A DNA stretch of 64,000 nucleotides from Ignavibacteriales bacterium (GTDB taxonomy: Bacteria; Bacteroidota; Ignavibacteria; T3Sed10-11): the NCBI GenBank assembly GCA_003568415.1, contig PWXV01000324.1, positions 8,736 to 72,735 of the forward strand. The letters are read 5' to 3'. A program made the translations under genes and the position numbers. Below are positions 10,079 to 19,784 of the stretch, one piece after another (positions within the stretch are counted from its first letter, which is position 1; every line of letters begins with the position of its first letter). Below the pieces are notes generated by a model, which made no database searches, was not told the DNA's origin, and worked only from the letters and a program-made list of their open reading frames with translations.

Positions 10079-10397
10079 TTTTCCCTTTGAGCACTCTTAA
10101 AAAACAATTGTATACTATATTAGATAAACACTATGATAAAAGCAATTTATTTTAAAGTTTTCTAATTTTTCGGTGTTGAACAACCTGTTGGTGTAGTGTA
10201 GATTTTCTCAACACTTGTATTGTCTTCCCATTCATATAATTTCATATTAGAAGACGGCAATTGAGTAATGGGAACGGTATTATGCAGTGAGTTGTTACAT
10301 TTTACCCAGGTGCTCCACCATATTGCTGCAGTTTTTATTGATATGACCGCTTTTTATTTTTCACATAGCAACTCATCTCAATACAAAGGAGGATAGT

Positions 10398-10631
10398 ATG
10401 GCACAGTGTGAAGTTTGTGGAAATGATTATGATAAGGCTTTCGAGGTAATACAAAACGGTGAAAAGCACACGTTTGACAGCTTTGAATGTGCGATCCATG
10501 CTCTTGCACCAACATGCGATAAATGCGGATGTCGGGTTATCGGGCATGGCGTAGAATCGAACGGTAGTATCTTCTGTTGTGCCCACTGTGCATCAAAAGC
10601 AGGTGTCACCGAAGCAAAAGACCGGGTTTAG
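10398..10631 (+). CDS. Small Cys/His-rich metallothionein-like protein
   Basis: 77 aa; CEVC, FDSFECAIH, CDKCGC, FCCAHC; strong AAGGAGG RBS. Confidence 0.75.
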   Translation: MAQCEVCGNDYDKAFEVIQNGEKHTFDSFECAIHALAPTCDKCGCRVIGHGVESNGSIFCCAHCASKAGVTEAKDRV

Positions 10632-10743
10632 TAGGCGGTGCACAACAGGAGAACCTTTAAAAAATTACCACAATTGCAATTTTATGCAATTGTTGAATGA
10701 ACACCCCTAACGGCGGCTTACAAGAAGAGAAAACTACATTACC

Positions 10744-10841
10744 ATAACGCAGAGGTCGCTGAGTGCGCAGAGGATTGCAGAGAAAGTTTTAATAATATTT
10801 CATTTCTTTCTCTACGTTCTTTTCGGCCTCTGCACTGTTAT
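10744..10841. repeat. Imperfect inverted-repeat, MITE-like element built from GCAGAG units
   Basis: ataacgcagagg...gcagag...agagaaag, an AT-rich spacer, then ctttctct...cctctgc...gttat. Confidence 0.55.
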
Positions 10842-10927
10842 TGACAAATTAGCGATTGCTATCCCCTATTATTTCATTTTTTCCGACTCAATTTCGTTTT
10901 TAAAATACACAGGACGCTGAATCCTCT

Positions 10928-10956
10928 TTGCGTCAATCATACGAAATATTTATCTT
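10928..10956 (+). promoter_or_regulatory. Putative sigma70-type promoter of the methyltransferase operon
   Basis: TTGCGT-N17-TATCTT; supports ATG 10994 rather than TTG 10928 as the start. Confidence 0.4.
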
Positions 10957-10993
10957 GATACTTTATCACACCACGCAAGGGAACCTGAACTGT

Positions 10994-12064
10994 ATGCATG
11001 AAAAGCTTACTATTGATAAATCCAACTTCATCGGGTTTTTGGAAGAATTACATAGCTCATCCGATTTATCCTCAATTCGCTCAAAACTCAGTGAGCTTGT
11101 AGCTATTATTGATGATGCATACGGAAACAGTAAGGGAATAGTTACCACTGACAATAATGGAGACACAATTGAGCTTTCAAGATCTTATCTTATTAATGAA
11201 CTAACACAGATCAAAAAAACACACACGCTCGAGCGGACGAAGTATTACCTGCAAAGATTGATCAAAGGGGTTACGGAAATAAAGACAACCGGTATCAACG
11301 ATATCAATCTCAACAGGTGGAAGGAATACGATGAGATACTCACCGATAGTTTGTGGGTACTGCCGAAACGGGATTCATACGGGGCGCATTCTTCCTGGTA
11401 CTGGGGAAATTTTATACCACAAATACCGCATCAAATGATGCTGCGATATACCAAAGCGGGTGAACTTGTAGTTGATCCATTTGTCGGAAGCGGCACGACC
11501 TTACTTGAGTGTCAGCGTTTGGGAAGGCACGGCATCGGCTTAGAACTGAATGAGGATATAGCCGGACGTACAAGAGAAATAGTGAAGGATGACGGTAAGG
11601 TTACCACCATCATTGAGACCGGCAACAGCGCTGAGATTGATTTTCAAAAGCTTCTCTCAGATAACGGTTTCGCATCCGCTCAATTGTTACTGGTACATCC
11701 ACCGTATCATGACATAATACCGTTTAGCGATAATCCGAAAGATCTGTCGGCACAGAAATCTGTGGATGCTTTTCTACATCTCTTCGGGAATGTGTTAGAC
11801 AATATATATCCAATCCTCGATAAAGGCAGGTTTATGGCGGTTGTTATCGGTGACAAATACGAAAAAGGGGAATGGATACCGCTCGGCTTTTATATAATGC
11901 AGGAAGTACTGAAGCGAAAATTCAAGTTGAAGAGTACCATTGTAAAAAACTTTGAGGATACTACCGCCAAAAGAAATCAGAAGGAACTCTGGCGCTACCG
12001 TGCCATGGCCGGAGGTTTCTATATTTTCAAACACGAATATATTTTTGTGTTTCAGAAAAAATAA
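10994..12064 (+). CDS. N4-cytosine/N6-adenine DNA methyltransferase
   Basis: GNFIPQIP, SAM-binding DPFVGSGTT, catalytic-position HPPY, C-terminal KHEYIFVF. Confidence 0.85.
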   Translation: MHEKLTIDKSNFIGFLEELHSSSDLSSIRSKLSELVAIIDDAYGNSKGIVTTDNNGDTIELSRSYLINELTQIKKTHTLERTKYYLQRLIKGVTEIKTTGINDINLNRWKEYDEILTDSLWVLPKRDSYGAHSSWYWGNFIPQIPHQMMLRYTKAGELVVDPFVGSGTTLLECQRLGRHGIGLELNEDIAGRTREIVKDDGKVTTIIETGNSAEIDFQKLLSDNGFASAQLLLVHPPYHDIIPFSDNPKDLSAQKSVDAFLHLFGNVLDNIYPILDKGRFMAVVIGDKYEKGEWIPLGFYIMQEVLKRKFKLKSTIVKNFEDTTAKRNQKELWRYRAMAGGFYIFKHEYIFVFQKK

Positions 12065-12068
12065 AATA

Positions 12069-12716
12069 ATGGATCTTGATAGAATCGAGCGGGAATTAAA
12101 AAAACGTCTTGCCTATCCGTATGCATGGGGCAGAAAGCAAAACGATCACTTCGATAAAAGAACACAGTTTATATACGATACGCATACATTTGAAACATTG
12201 TTTGCAAGAATAAAGAAAACATTCCGTGATGATCCTCGCTGCGATGCATTAACAATGTATGCAATGAATCGCTGGTATAACTACTGGTCTGCACGTGCGG
12301 TTGAAGAAATATTCTGTCGTATGCCGGGTGTTGAACCTGAACGGGATGTACGAAACCGGCTTGCCGATTTTTCTGTACACGGTATCCGCTTTGATCATAA
12401 AACGACAGTTTTTCCGAAAAGTTATAACGGAACGATTGAACAAGCCCGGACACATCCGGAAGAGTTGATAAGGTGGTTGTATTCTAATCAGTCACAGGGA
12501 AGCCGTAACCATGCCAGGAACAGATTATTCATTGTACTCTATTCATATGATAATGAACACTGGAAATTGAAAGCCGAGATCGCATGGTTGCGGAATATAA
12601 TCGAGTCGTATGTTATACAGTTTGACCGGGCAAAGTTATTGACTTTTAATTTTGAGGATGGCATTCCGACGCTTGCCGATGTTATCTGGGGAATAAAAAA
12701 GTCCAAAACGGCGTGA
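12069..12716 (+). CDS. Uncharacterised protein, candidate PD-(D/E)xK restriction endonuclease
   Basis: Starts 4 nt after the methyltransferase stop; E..F...ADF....FDHK pattern. Confidence 0.55.
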   Translation: MDLDRIERELKKRLAYPYAWGRKQNDHFDKRTQFIYDTHTFETLFARIKKTFRDDPRCDALTMYAMNRWYNYWSARAVEEIFCRMPGVEPERDVRNRLADFSVHGIRFDHKTTVFPKSYNGTIEQARTHPEELIRWLYSNQSQGSRNHARNRLFIVLYSYDNEHWKLKAEIAWLRNIIESYVIQFDRAKLLTFNFEDGIPTLADVIWGIKKSKTA

Positions 12717-12912
12717 AACAGACAATATTTTTTTTGTAACTTGTATTTTTAAAAAACATATATATCTTTATATGATGACCTATGCGGGGATGCGAAAGTG
12801 CGAATTTCTAATTCAAGAGAGGTGTTTTGGGTCTTAACTAATCATATATTGTTGATTCCTGCCGTTTGATCAACAATAAAAAAGCCATTCACCAAAATAT
12901 TCGGGAGGAAAT

Positions 12913-14679
12913 ATGAAGTATTGGCAACTTTCTTTTTCGGTGGTTGTAGTTTCTATTCTCTTATTACTATCCGGTTGTGTTGATCAGGAAGAAGTCCTCG
13001 CTCCGAAATCCGGCGAAACAGGGCATCTCGCCAAAACCGTAACGGGCGACCGGTACCTTGTCGGATTTACAAATTCACCCGATGCCGGTATTGTAGAAGG
13101 TGTGGGCGGACAGGTAACGAGAACGTTTACCATTGTACCTGCAGTTGCGGCGCAGATGAGTCCGCAAGCGGCAGATGCTTTATTAAAAAACCCCAACATC
13201 GCATACGTAGAACCTGACTACGAAATGTTTGCACACAGTCAGACCGTGCCGTGGGGAATTGACCGGGTCTTTGGAGATGAAAGCTATTCATTTTCGACGT
13301 GGGATATCTCCACCGGTAACGACATTGGTGTCGCTATACTCGATACCGGTATAGATGAGGACCACGAAGACCTCAAGGTAGCAGGCGGAGAAACTACCGT
13401 GGATGATACACACTGGGGAAGCGACGGAAGCGGACACGGGACGCACGTAGCCGGTACTGTTGCAGCACTGGATAATAATCTCGGTGTGGTTGGTGTGGCA
13501 CCGGATGTTTCTCTCTATGCGGTAAAGGTCCTATCCGACGGTGGCAGCGGAACGGTCGCTTCAGTTGTGGCCGGTATCGAATGGGCAGTAGATCAGGGTA
13601 TACCGGTTCTTAATATGAGTCTCGGCGGCAGCAGCGATTCGCAGACCTTACGCGATGCGTGTGACGCTGCTTATGCCGCGGGTCATCTGCTCGTCGCTTC
13701 TGCCGGTAACAGTGGTAATCCCGGCGGCCGCGGAGATAACGTCGGTTATCCTGCACGGTACGAATCGGTTATTGCCGTTGGATCATCGACTCAAAATGAC
13801 ACTCGTTCCAGCTTTTCAAGTACCGGTCCGGATGTAGAACTCATTGCACCGGGTTCGAGCATTTTAAGCACACTACCGGGTGATGAATACGGTACTTATA
13901 GCGGTACATCAATGGCATCACCGCACGTTGCCGGTGTTGCTGCACTTGCTTGGGCTTCGAATACCGGTTTAACACATTCAGAAGTGAGACAAATACTTCG
14001 TGATACCGCTGAAGATCTCGGACTTTCGTCAAATCACCAGGGGTATGGCCTTGCCCGTGCAGATCTCGCCGTTGCAGCGGTATCCGGTGCGGAACCTGCC
14101 CCTGACGATCCTACAGGAATCCTTGCGGGAACAGTATCAGATGCAGAAACTGGTTCGGGAATTCAGGGAGCTTCGGTAACTGTAGACGGAACTGATTTCT
14201 CCGCAACAACCGGTAGTGATGGATCATATAGTATTGAGAATATACCTGAAGGATCATACGACGTCACCGCATCAGCAGATGATTATGTAGCTGAGACAAA
14301 ACCTGCAACGATCTCCGGCGATGAAACGACGACTCTCGATTTTGCACTTGCACAGGAAGAAGATGATGATCCGGACGATCCGGTAAACGGAGAACTGTCA
14401 ATAGATGTATTTGACCTCACCGATTCAAGCAATCCCGCCTGGGCACGGGTTACTGTGAACTGGGCGGTGTCGGGAGAAAATCTCTCCAGCGTGCAGTCTG
14501 AACTCATACTTGATGGTAACGTGATCGACTCTCAAACGTCGTCTGTCAGCGGTTCAGGGGCTTCGGGTGAACATTCACTCCGCAACCGCAATGGGCACGG
14601 CAATACGTATCAGGTGAAGTTGACGGTAACGGACACCGGCGGCAATAGCGTGTCGGAAACAAAAGAGATCGATCTCTGA
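12913..14679 (+). CDS. Subtilisin-family (S8) serine protease lipoprotein with propeptide and C-terminal beta-rich domains
   Basis: Lipobox LLSGC; triad ILDTGID, HGTHVAG, GTSMASPHVAG; carboxypeptidase-regulatory-like segment GTVSDAETG..I.GA.V; GGAGG RBS. Confidence 0.93.
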   Translation: MKYWQLSFSVVVVSILLLLSGCVDQEEVLAPKSGETGHLAKTVTGDRYLVGFTNSPDAGIVEGVGGQVTRTFTIVPAVAAQMSPQAADALLKNPNIAYVEPDYEMFAHSQTVPWGIDRVFGDESYSFSTWDISTGNDIGVAILDTGIDEDHEDLKVAGGETTVDDTHWGSDGSGHGTHVAGTVAALDNNLGVVGVAPDVSLYAVKVLSDGGSGTVASVVAGIEWAVDQGIPVLNMSLGGSSDSQTLRDACDAAYAAGHLLVASAGNSGNPGGRGDNVGYPARYESVIAVGSSTQNDTRSSFSSTGPDVELIAPGSSILSTLPGDEYGTYSGTSMASPHVAGVAALAWASNTGLTHSEVRQILRDTAEDLGLSSNHQGYGLARADLAVAAVSGAEPAPDDPTGILAGTVSDAETGSGIQGASVTVDGTDFSATTGSDGSYSIENIPEGSYDVTASADDYVAETKPATISGDETTTLDFALAQEEDDDPDDPVNGELSIDVFDLTDSSNPAWARVTVNWAVSGENLSSVQSELILDGNVIDSQTSSVSGSGASGEHSLRNRNGHGNTYQVKLTVTDTGGNSVSETKEIDL

Positions 14680-14707
14680 GTTCAACAGGTAACATTACAG
14701 AAGTTAT

Positions 14708-14740
14708 AAAAAGGGCGGGATGAAAATCCTGCCCTTTTTT
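14708..14740 (+). terminator. Rho-independent terminator, possibly bidirectional
   Basis: aaaaagggcgggat-gaaa-atcctgccctttttt. Confidence 0.85.
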
Positions 14741-14865
14741 ACATGATTCCGTGCAATACTCTCCTCTGCTTCCTTATGCATAACATAATTGTGTATTTCT
14801 GTTGCTTGTTTACCCTGATTCTTTTACCTTACATTAAACACGTACCTATACTTTAGTTCTCACAT

Positions 14866-17016
14866 ATGCCCGATACTATCGACCAAAATACTTTTATCCC
14901 ATCGGAGTTTGGCGATGAAATGATCGACTTTGCCATCGATTATTCGTTCCGTGCCCGTTTTATAAGCGGCTTATTTTTGCCGCTTTTTTTTATTGTGCTC
15001 GATTATTTTCTAGTCCTGGGACTCCCGATTTGGGTACTTGTAGCGGTGGGGATTTTTGAGGCATTCATCAATCAACCCCATAAATTCCTGCTTCAGAAGA
15101 TAAAAAATAAATCCGACGTACTGCTTACAAACATTATACTCGATATTTTCGCTATAGGTCTGGTGGTATTTTACTCGGGTGGTATTACGGTACCATTTAT
15201 CGGTTTTGTATTTTTAATCGTTATTGTTTTTAACGGTATTCTTGCCGGCATTACCTGGGCATTGATGTTTTCACTGCTCAGCAGTCTTTTTGTTTTTATT
15301 CTTGCGATCCTTGAAATAAATGCAGATGTCATACCGCACACAGAGTTACGTATGGAAGCTTCGGATCTTCAGATCTGGCTTATCAGCATAGGGTATACTA
15401 TATTTTTTGTGTTGTTTGCAATTCTTGTCCATCTCCCTTCAAAAAAGTTTAAGGATGAGATCTTCCATCGTTATGAAGCACATAAAACTATTGCAGAATC
15501 GGAGCGCAAATACCGGGAGTTATTTGAGGAGTCAAAAGATACGGTGTATATGAGCGATCCGGAAGGTCGTTTTATCGATATAAATCCGGCAGGATTAGAG
15601 TTGTTCGGTTTCAAAGATAAACAAGAGGCGCTCAATAGTAATATTCAGACTGAAACGTATGCCGATCCTGCAGTGCGTGACCGGTGGATGCAGCTAATGG
15701 AAGAGAAGGGGTACGTCAAGGATTTCGAAGCAGTATTCAGACGACAGGATGGTGAAGAACGAATTGCCCTCGAAACAGCAACTGCAGTGCGGGATATAGA
15801 TGGGAAGATCGTTGTTTACCGGGGAATTATCCGTGATATAACCGAACAAAAACGTCTCGAAGAACATCTCCTGCAATCTCATAAACTTGAGAGTCTCGGG
15901 TACCTCGCGGGCGGAATTGCACACGATTTCAACAACATTCTGACAATAATCCAGGGCAGTTTATCGGTTTTAAAAACAAAACTGCAGGATTCTCCGCTGC
16001 AATCTTATATTGAATTGGGTGAAAGCGGTGTCGAGCGTGGCACCGACATTGCCCGCCAGTTACTTAAATTTGCACGTGTTGAGGATATTCGCTTACATCC
16101 ATTGTCGGTAGACGAGGTAGTACAGGAACTTATAAAAGTGCTGAAACATACCTTCGAAAAAACTGTTGAGATTAATTATACTATTGCTGCCAACCTTTCC
16201 CAGATACAGGGAGATCGCGGACAGTTATATCAAATGTTGCTGAACTTATCCATTAACGCACGGGATGCGATACTGGAACGAAAAGATACCAGGGGTAAAG
16301 GAACAATCGATATAACTGTCGATGAAATTAACGCGCAATCTATTCGAGCGCATGTTTCTAACGCTGAACAACGTAACCATGTACGGATAACTATTAGCGA
16401 TACGGGTACTGGTATCGACTCAGAGATACATCAACGGGTATTTGATCCCTTCTTTACAACCAAGCCGGTGGGGAAAGGAACGGGACTTGGTTTGTCGGTT
16501 GTGTATGGTGTGGTAAAAAGTCATAACGGCCATATCAATTTTGTTTCGGAGAAAAACAAGGGTACAACGTTTGAGATATATTTTCCGGTTATCAAGAAAG
16601 ATGAAGGTGAGATGGCTGAGGAACCAAAGATCGTTGATGTCACCGGCACTGAAACGATATTTGTTGTCGAGGATGAAGATGTTTTACGAAATATACTCAC
16701 CAAAGAATTGCAGGATCGTGGTTATACAGTCATAACGGCCGGCGATGGAAATGAAGCTGTTGAGCGATATAAATCAAACCATACACATATCGAGTGTATT
16801 GTTCTGGATATTGGTTTACCAAGTGTTTCGGGTAATGAAGTATTTCAGAAGATCAAAAATATAAACAACGCCGTACCGGTCATCATTGTCAGTGGTTATT
16901 TAAGTGCGGGACAACGGGATGAACTTATGTATATGGGAGCCCAAACAATTATACAAAAACCTTATAAAGTTCCCGAACTGGTACAAATCATACGTCAACA
17001 ACTTGATAAAGAATAG
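14866..17016 (+). CDS. Membrane PAS-domain hybrid sensor histidine kinase/response regulator
   Basis: N-terminal TM helices; PAS; H-box GIAHDFNNIL; N-box NARDA; DTGTGI; FDPFFTTK; GTGLGL; receiver VVEDE...LDIGLP...KPY. Confidence 0.92.
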   Translation: MPDTIDQNTFIPSEFGDEMIDFAIDYSFRARFISGLFLPLFFIVLDYFLVLGLPIWVLVAVGIFEAFINQPHKFLLQKIKNKSDVLLTNIILDIFAIGLVVFYSGGITVPFIGFVFLIVIVFNGILAGITWALMFSLLSSLFVFILAILEINADVIPHTELRMEASDLQIWLISIGYTIFFVLFAILVHLPSKKFKDEIFHRYEAHKTIAESERKYRELFEESKDTVYMSDPEGRFIDINPAGLELFGFKDKQEALNSNIQTETYADPAVRDRWMQLMEEKGYVKDFEAVFRRQDGEERIALETATAVRDIDGKIVVYRGIIRDITEQKRLEEHLLQSHKLESLGYLAGGIAHDFNNILTIIQGSLSVLKTKLQDSPLQSYIELGESGVERGTDIARQLLKFARVEDIRLHPLSVDEVVQELIKVLKHTFEKTVEINYTIAANLSQIQGDRGQLYQMLLNLSINARDAILERKDTRGKGTIDITVDEINAQSIRAHVSNAEQRNHVRITISDTGTGIDSEIHQRVFDPFFTTKPVGKGTGLGLSVVYGVVKSHNGHINFVSEKNKGTTFEIYFPVIKKDEGEMAEEPKIVDVTGTETIFVVEDEDVLRNILTKELQDRGYTVITAGDGNEAVERYKSNHTHIECIVLDIGLPSVSGNEVFQKIKNINNAVPVIIVSGYLSAGQRDELMYMGAQTIIQKPYKVPELVQIIRQQLDKE

Positions 17017-17022
17017 AAGTAC

Positions 17023-17481
17023 ATGCACTATATACTCAGCAGGCAACAATGGATTCCTGCATCACTTGAACACGTATTCGCTTTCTTTGAAAAACCGGAA
17101 AACCTTGCACGGATCACACCGCGCTGGCTTAAATTTCAAATTACAACACCGTCACCGATTCATATGGCGCAAGGAACCGAAATAGAGTATACCATTGCAT
17201 GGCTCGGGTTTCCTGTGCGGTGGCATACGCAGATAACAAAATACGATCCGCCGAGTTGTTTTATCGATGAGCAGATCAAGGGACCGTACAGAACCTGGAT
17301 ACATGTGCATATGTTTGAAGAGAAAGATGACGGTGTGTTAATGACCGATCGTGTAACCTACAAACTGCCGTTCGGACCCTTAGGTCGATTGATGCACATG
17401 TCGCTGATAGGGAAACAACTTGATGAAATATTTAATTACCGGCGGAATGTGATCGACAAAATATTTAATGAACAAAAATAG
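17023..17481 (+). CDS. SRPBCC/polyketide-cyclase-like ligand-binding protein
   Basis: VFAFF.KPENL.RITP, FIDEQIKGPY..W.H.H, MTDRVTY.LPFG. Confidence 0.85.
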   Translation: MHYILSRQQWIPASLEHVFAFFEKPENLARITPRWLKFQITTPSPIHMAQGTEIEYTIAWLGFPVRWHTQITKYDPPSCFIDEQIKGPYRTWIHVHMFEEKDDGVLMTDRVTYKLPFGPLGRLMHMSLIGKQLDEIFNYRRNVIDKIFNEQK

Positions 17482-17492
17482 GAGGGATTACT

Positions 17493-18446
17493 ATGAAAAT
17501 ACTGGTGACCGGTGCTGCTGGATTCGTCGGGAATAACACCGTGCGTCGTCTTGTACAAAGAGGCAAACCCGTGCGGGCAATGGTGAGAAACGTCGAGAAG
17601 GCAAAGAAACGTTTAGAAGATATTGTAGATGAAATTGAGCTCGTCGAGGGTGATGTGACCGACCGGATAAGTTTAAAACCGTTGATGAAGGATGTAGCAG
17701 CAGTGATACATCTTGTAGCGATCGCATTGGAAAAAGGAGGACGAACATATGAGGAGGTCAATTACCAGGGCACCGTAAACGTTGTGGATGCGGCTCGGGA
17801 GGCAGGCGTTGACCGGTTCATTTATATGAGTCAGAACGGGGCGGATAGTGCAATGCCGTATCGTTTCCTTAAAAGCAAGGGGAATGCACAGGACTATGTT
17901 GCCGGAAATATGCAGAATTGGACGGCCCTTCGACCATCGGCAATATTCGGCCCGCAGGATGAATTCTTTAATTCAATCGCCCGTCTCGTAAAATTAACGC
18001 CGGTAATTTATCCTCTTATCGGTGGCGGAAAAGCAGAATTCCAGCCCGTTTCGGTCAATGACGTTGCAGAAGCTATTGTACGTTCGTTGGATGATGAAAC
18101 GACAATCGGGAAAGCGCTTGATCTCGGGGGGCCGGAAATATTAAACCTCGGAGAGATTGAACGTCGGGTCATAAAGGCTCTCGATTCGCACAGGATCTTG
18201 TTTCCGGCACCGACATGGTTGTTACGCGGGCCAGTTATTTTTATGGAGAAAACACTTCCCGGTTCGCCGGTATCTACCAGCTTACTTGACCTGCTGGCTG
18301 TCCCCAATATTGTTAAAGATAATGCACTTGTCAACCAGTTTGGGATGCAACCGATTCCCTTCGATGGTGAGCATATCTCCTATCTCAAGAACAATACAGT
18401 TGGTGTTGCGGTGAGAACGATCTTTAAAGGAGATATTGTGAACTGA
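17493..18446 (+). CDS. NAD(P)-binding NDUFA9-like atypical SDR/epimerase
   Basis: ILVTGAAGFVG, LRPSAIFG, FQPVSV.DVA, GGPE. Confidence 0.85.
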   Translation: MKILVTGAAGFVGNNTVRRLVQRGKPVRAMVRNVEKAKKRLEDIVDEIELVEGDVTDRISLKPLMKDVAAVIHLVAIALEKGGRTYEEVNYQGTVNVVDAAREAGVDRFIYMSQNGADSAMPYRFLKSKGNAQDYVAGNMQNWTALRPSAIFGPQDEFFNSIARLVKLTPVIYPLIGGGKAEFQPVSVNDVAEAIVRSLDDETTIGKALDLGGPEILNLGEIERRVIKALDSHRILFPAPTWLLRGPVIFMEKTLPGSPVSTSLLDLLAVPNIVKDNALVNQFGMQPIPFDGEHISYLKNNTVGVAVRTIFKGDIVN

Positions 18447-18474
18447 TAAAGTTTACGATTCGAAATATTTAAAA

Positions 18475-19308
18475 ATGAAGATACTTAATTACACTTTATC
18501 TATAATCGGTATACTACTCATCGTATCAATACTACTACTCGTTATGATATCAGCACTTGAAAAGCAAATGATCTATTATCCTGCAAAATATCCGGAGGGG
18601 TTCTGGGAGCCGGAACGTTTTGGTGTCGCTGCCAAAGATTGTTGGTTCACGGCTGATGACGACGTAAAACTGCATGGCTGGTATGCGGAAGGAGCCGGAT
18701 CCGATCTCAATATTACATTACTCTGGTATCACGGAAATGCCGGCAACATCACCCACCGGCTTGAAAATATGCGTGACCTTCTCGATCTCGGCGTCAATGT
18801 ATTTATAATAGATTACCGCGGGTATGGAAAAAGTGAAGGAGAGCCGGATGAAGCCGGAATCTATAAAGACGGCGTTGCAGCATACGATTACCTGATCAAT
18901 GAAAAACAACATACCGGAGATACTGTCGTGCTCTTTGGCAGAAGTCTCGGCGCTGCTGTTGCCGTTGAAGTGGCAACACAGCGGGAGATTCGGGGAATGA
19001 TCCTCGAATCCGCATTTACCGATGCAAAGGCAATGGCGAGGGTGCTTATGCCCTTCCTTCCCGTCGGCGCAATGATATCATCAAAGTTTGATTCAATAGG
19101 AAAGATAAAAAATATACATATCCCCGTACTGTTCACACACGGCAACCGTGATACCATAGTTCCGTACGAGCTTGGCAGAAAATTATATGAGGCAGCCAAC
19201 CATCCTAAAGAGTTTTATACAATCGAGGGTGCCGATCACAACGATACGTATATTGTGGGCGGCGCTGCCTATTATCAAAAGATTAAGGAATTTCTGGAGG
19301 GATTATAA
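18475..19308 (+). CDS. Membrane-anchored alpha/beta hydrolase
   Basis: N-terminal TM helix; HGNAGN, DYRGYGKS, GRSLG nucleophile, HG..D..VP, GADHND. Confidence 0.9.
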   Translation: MKILNYTLSIIGILLIVSILLLVMISALEKQMIYYPAKYPEGFWEPERFGVAAKDCWFTADDDVKLHGWYAEGAGSDLNITLLWYHGNAGNITHRLENMRDLLDLGVNVFIIDYRGYGKSEGEPDEAGIYKDGVAAYDYLINEKQHTGDTVVLFGRSLGAAVAVEVATQREIRGMILESAFTDAKAMARVLMPFLPVGAMISSKFDSIGKIKNIHIPVLFTHGNRDTIVPYELGRKLYEAANHPKEFYTIEGADHNDTYIVGGAAYYQKIKEFLEGL

Positions 19309-19310
19309 GT

Positions 19311-19784
19311 ATGGAAAGAGATCAAAAGGTACGGGCATATCTGAAAGATGTGCTTTCCTGGCAGGAGGCGCATCTCAACTTCGAGAGTGCGGTTGATAAT
19401 CTTCCAAAAGCATTCCGCGGAATGAAGCCGGACGGGTTTCCCTATTCAATTTGGCAGCTTGTCGAGCATATCCGCACAGCGCAATGGGATATACTCGATT
19501 TTACCCGGAATCCGGATTATCAAGAACACACCTGGCCCGATGATTACTGGCCCGAACAGGAATCACCGGACAATGACGAACAATGGGAAAAATCGTTGCT
19601 CGCTATACGACAGGACAGGGAAGCGTTCAGAGAACTCCTTGACGATCCCGGTTTTGATTTATTAAAACAATTTGAACACGGCACCGGACAGACATTATTC
19701 CGCCAGGCACTTTTGATCGCAGATCATACTGCATACCATACCGGACAGATCATACTTATCCGGAAAATATTACAGGAGTCATGA
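19311..19784 (+). CDS. DinB-family protein
   Basis: AHLNF, SIWQLVEHIR, DHTAYHTGQ His triad. Confidence 0.85.
   Translation: MERDQKVRAYLKDVLSWQEAHLNFESAVDNLPKAFRGMKPDGFPYSIWQLVEHIRTAQWDILDFTRNPDYQEHTWPDDYWPEQESPDNDEQWEKSLLAIRQDREAFRELLDDPGFDLLKQFEHGTGQTLFRQALLIADHTAYHTGQIILIRKILQES

Noticed and set aside
12852-12873. FNR box (TTGAT...ATCAA)
   Set aside because: The half-sites are 12 nt apart rather than 4
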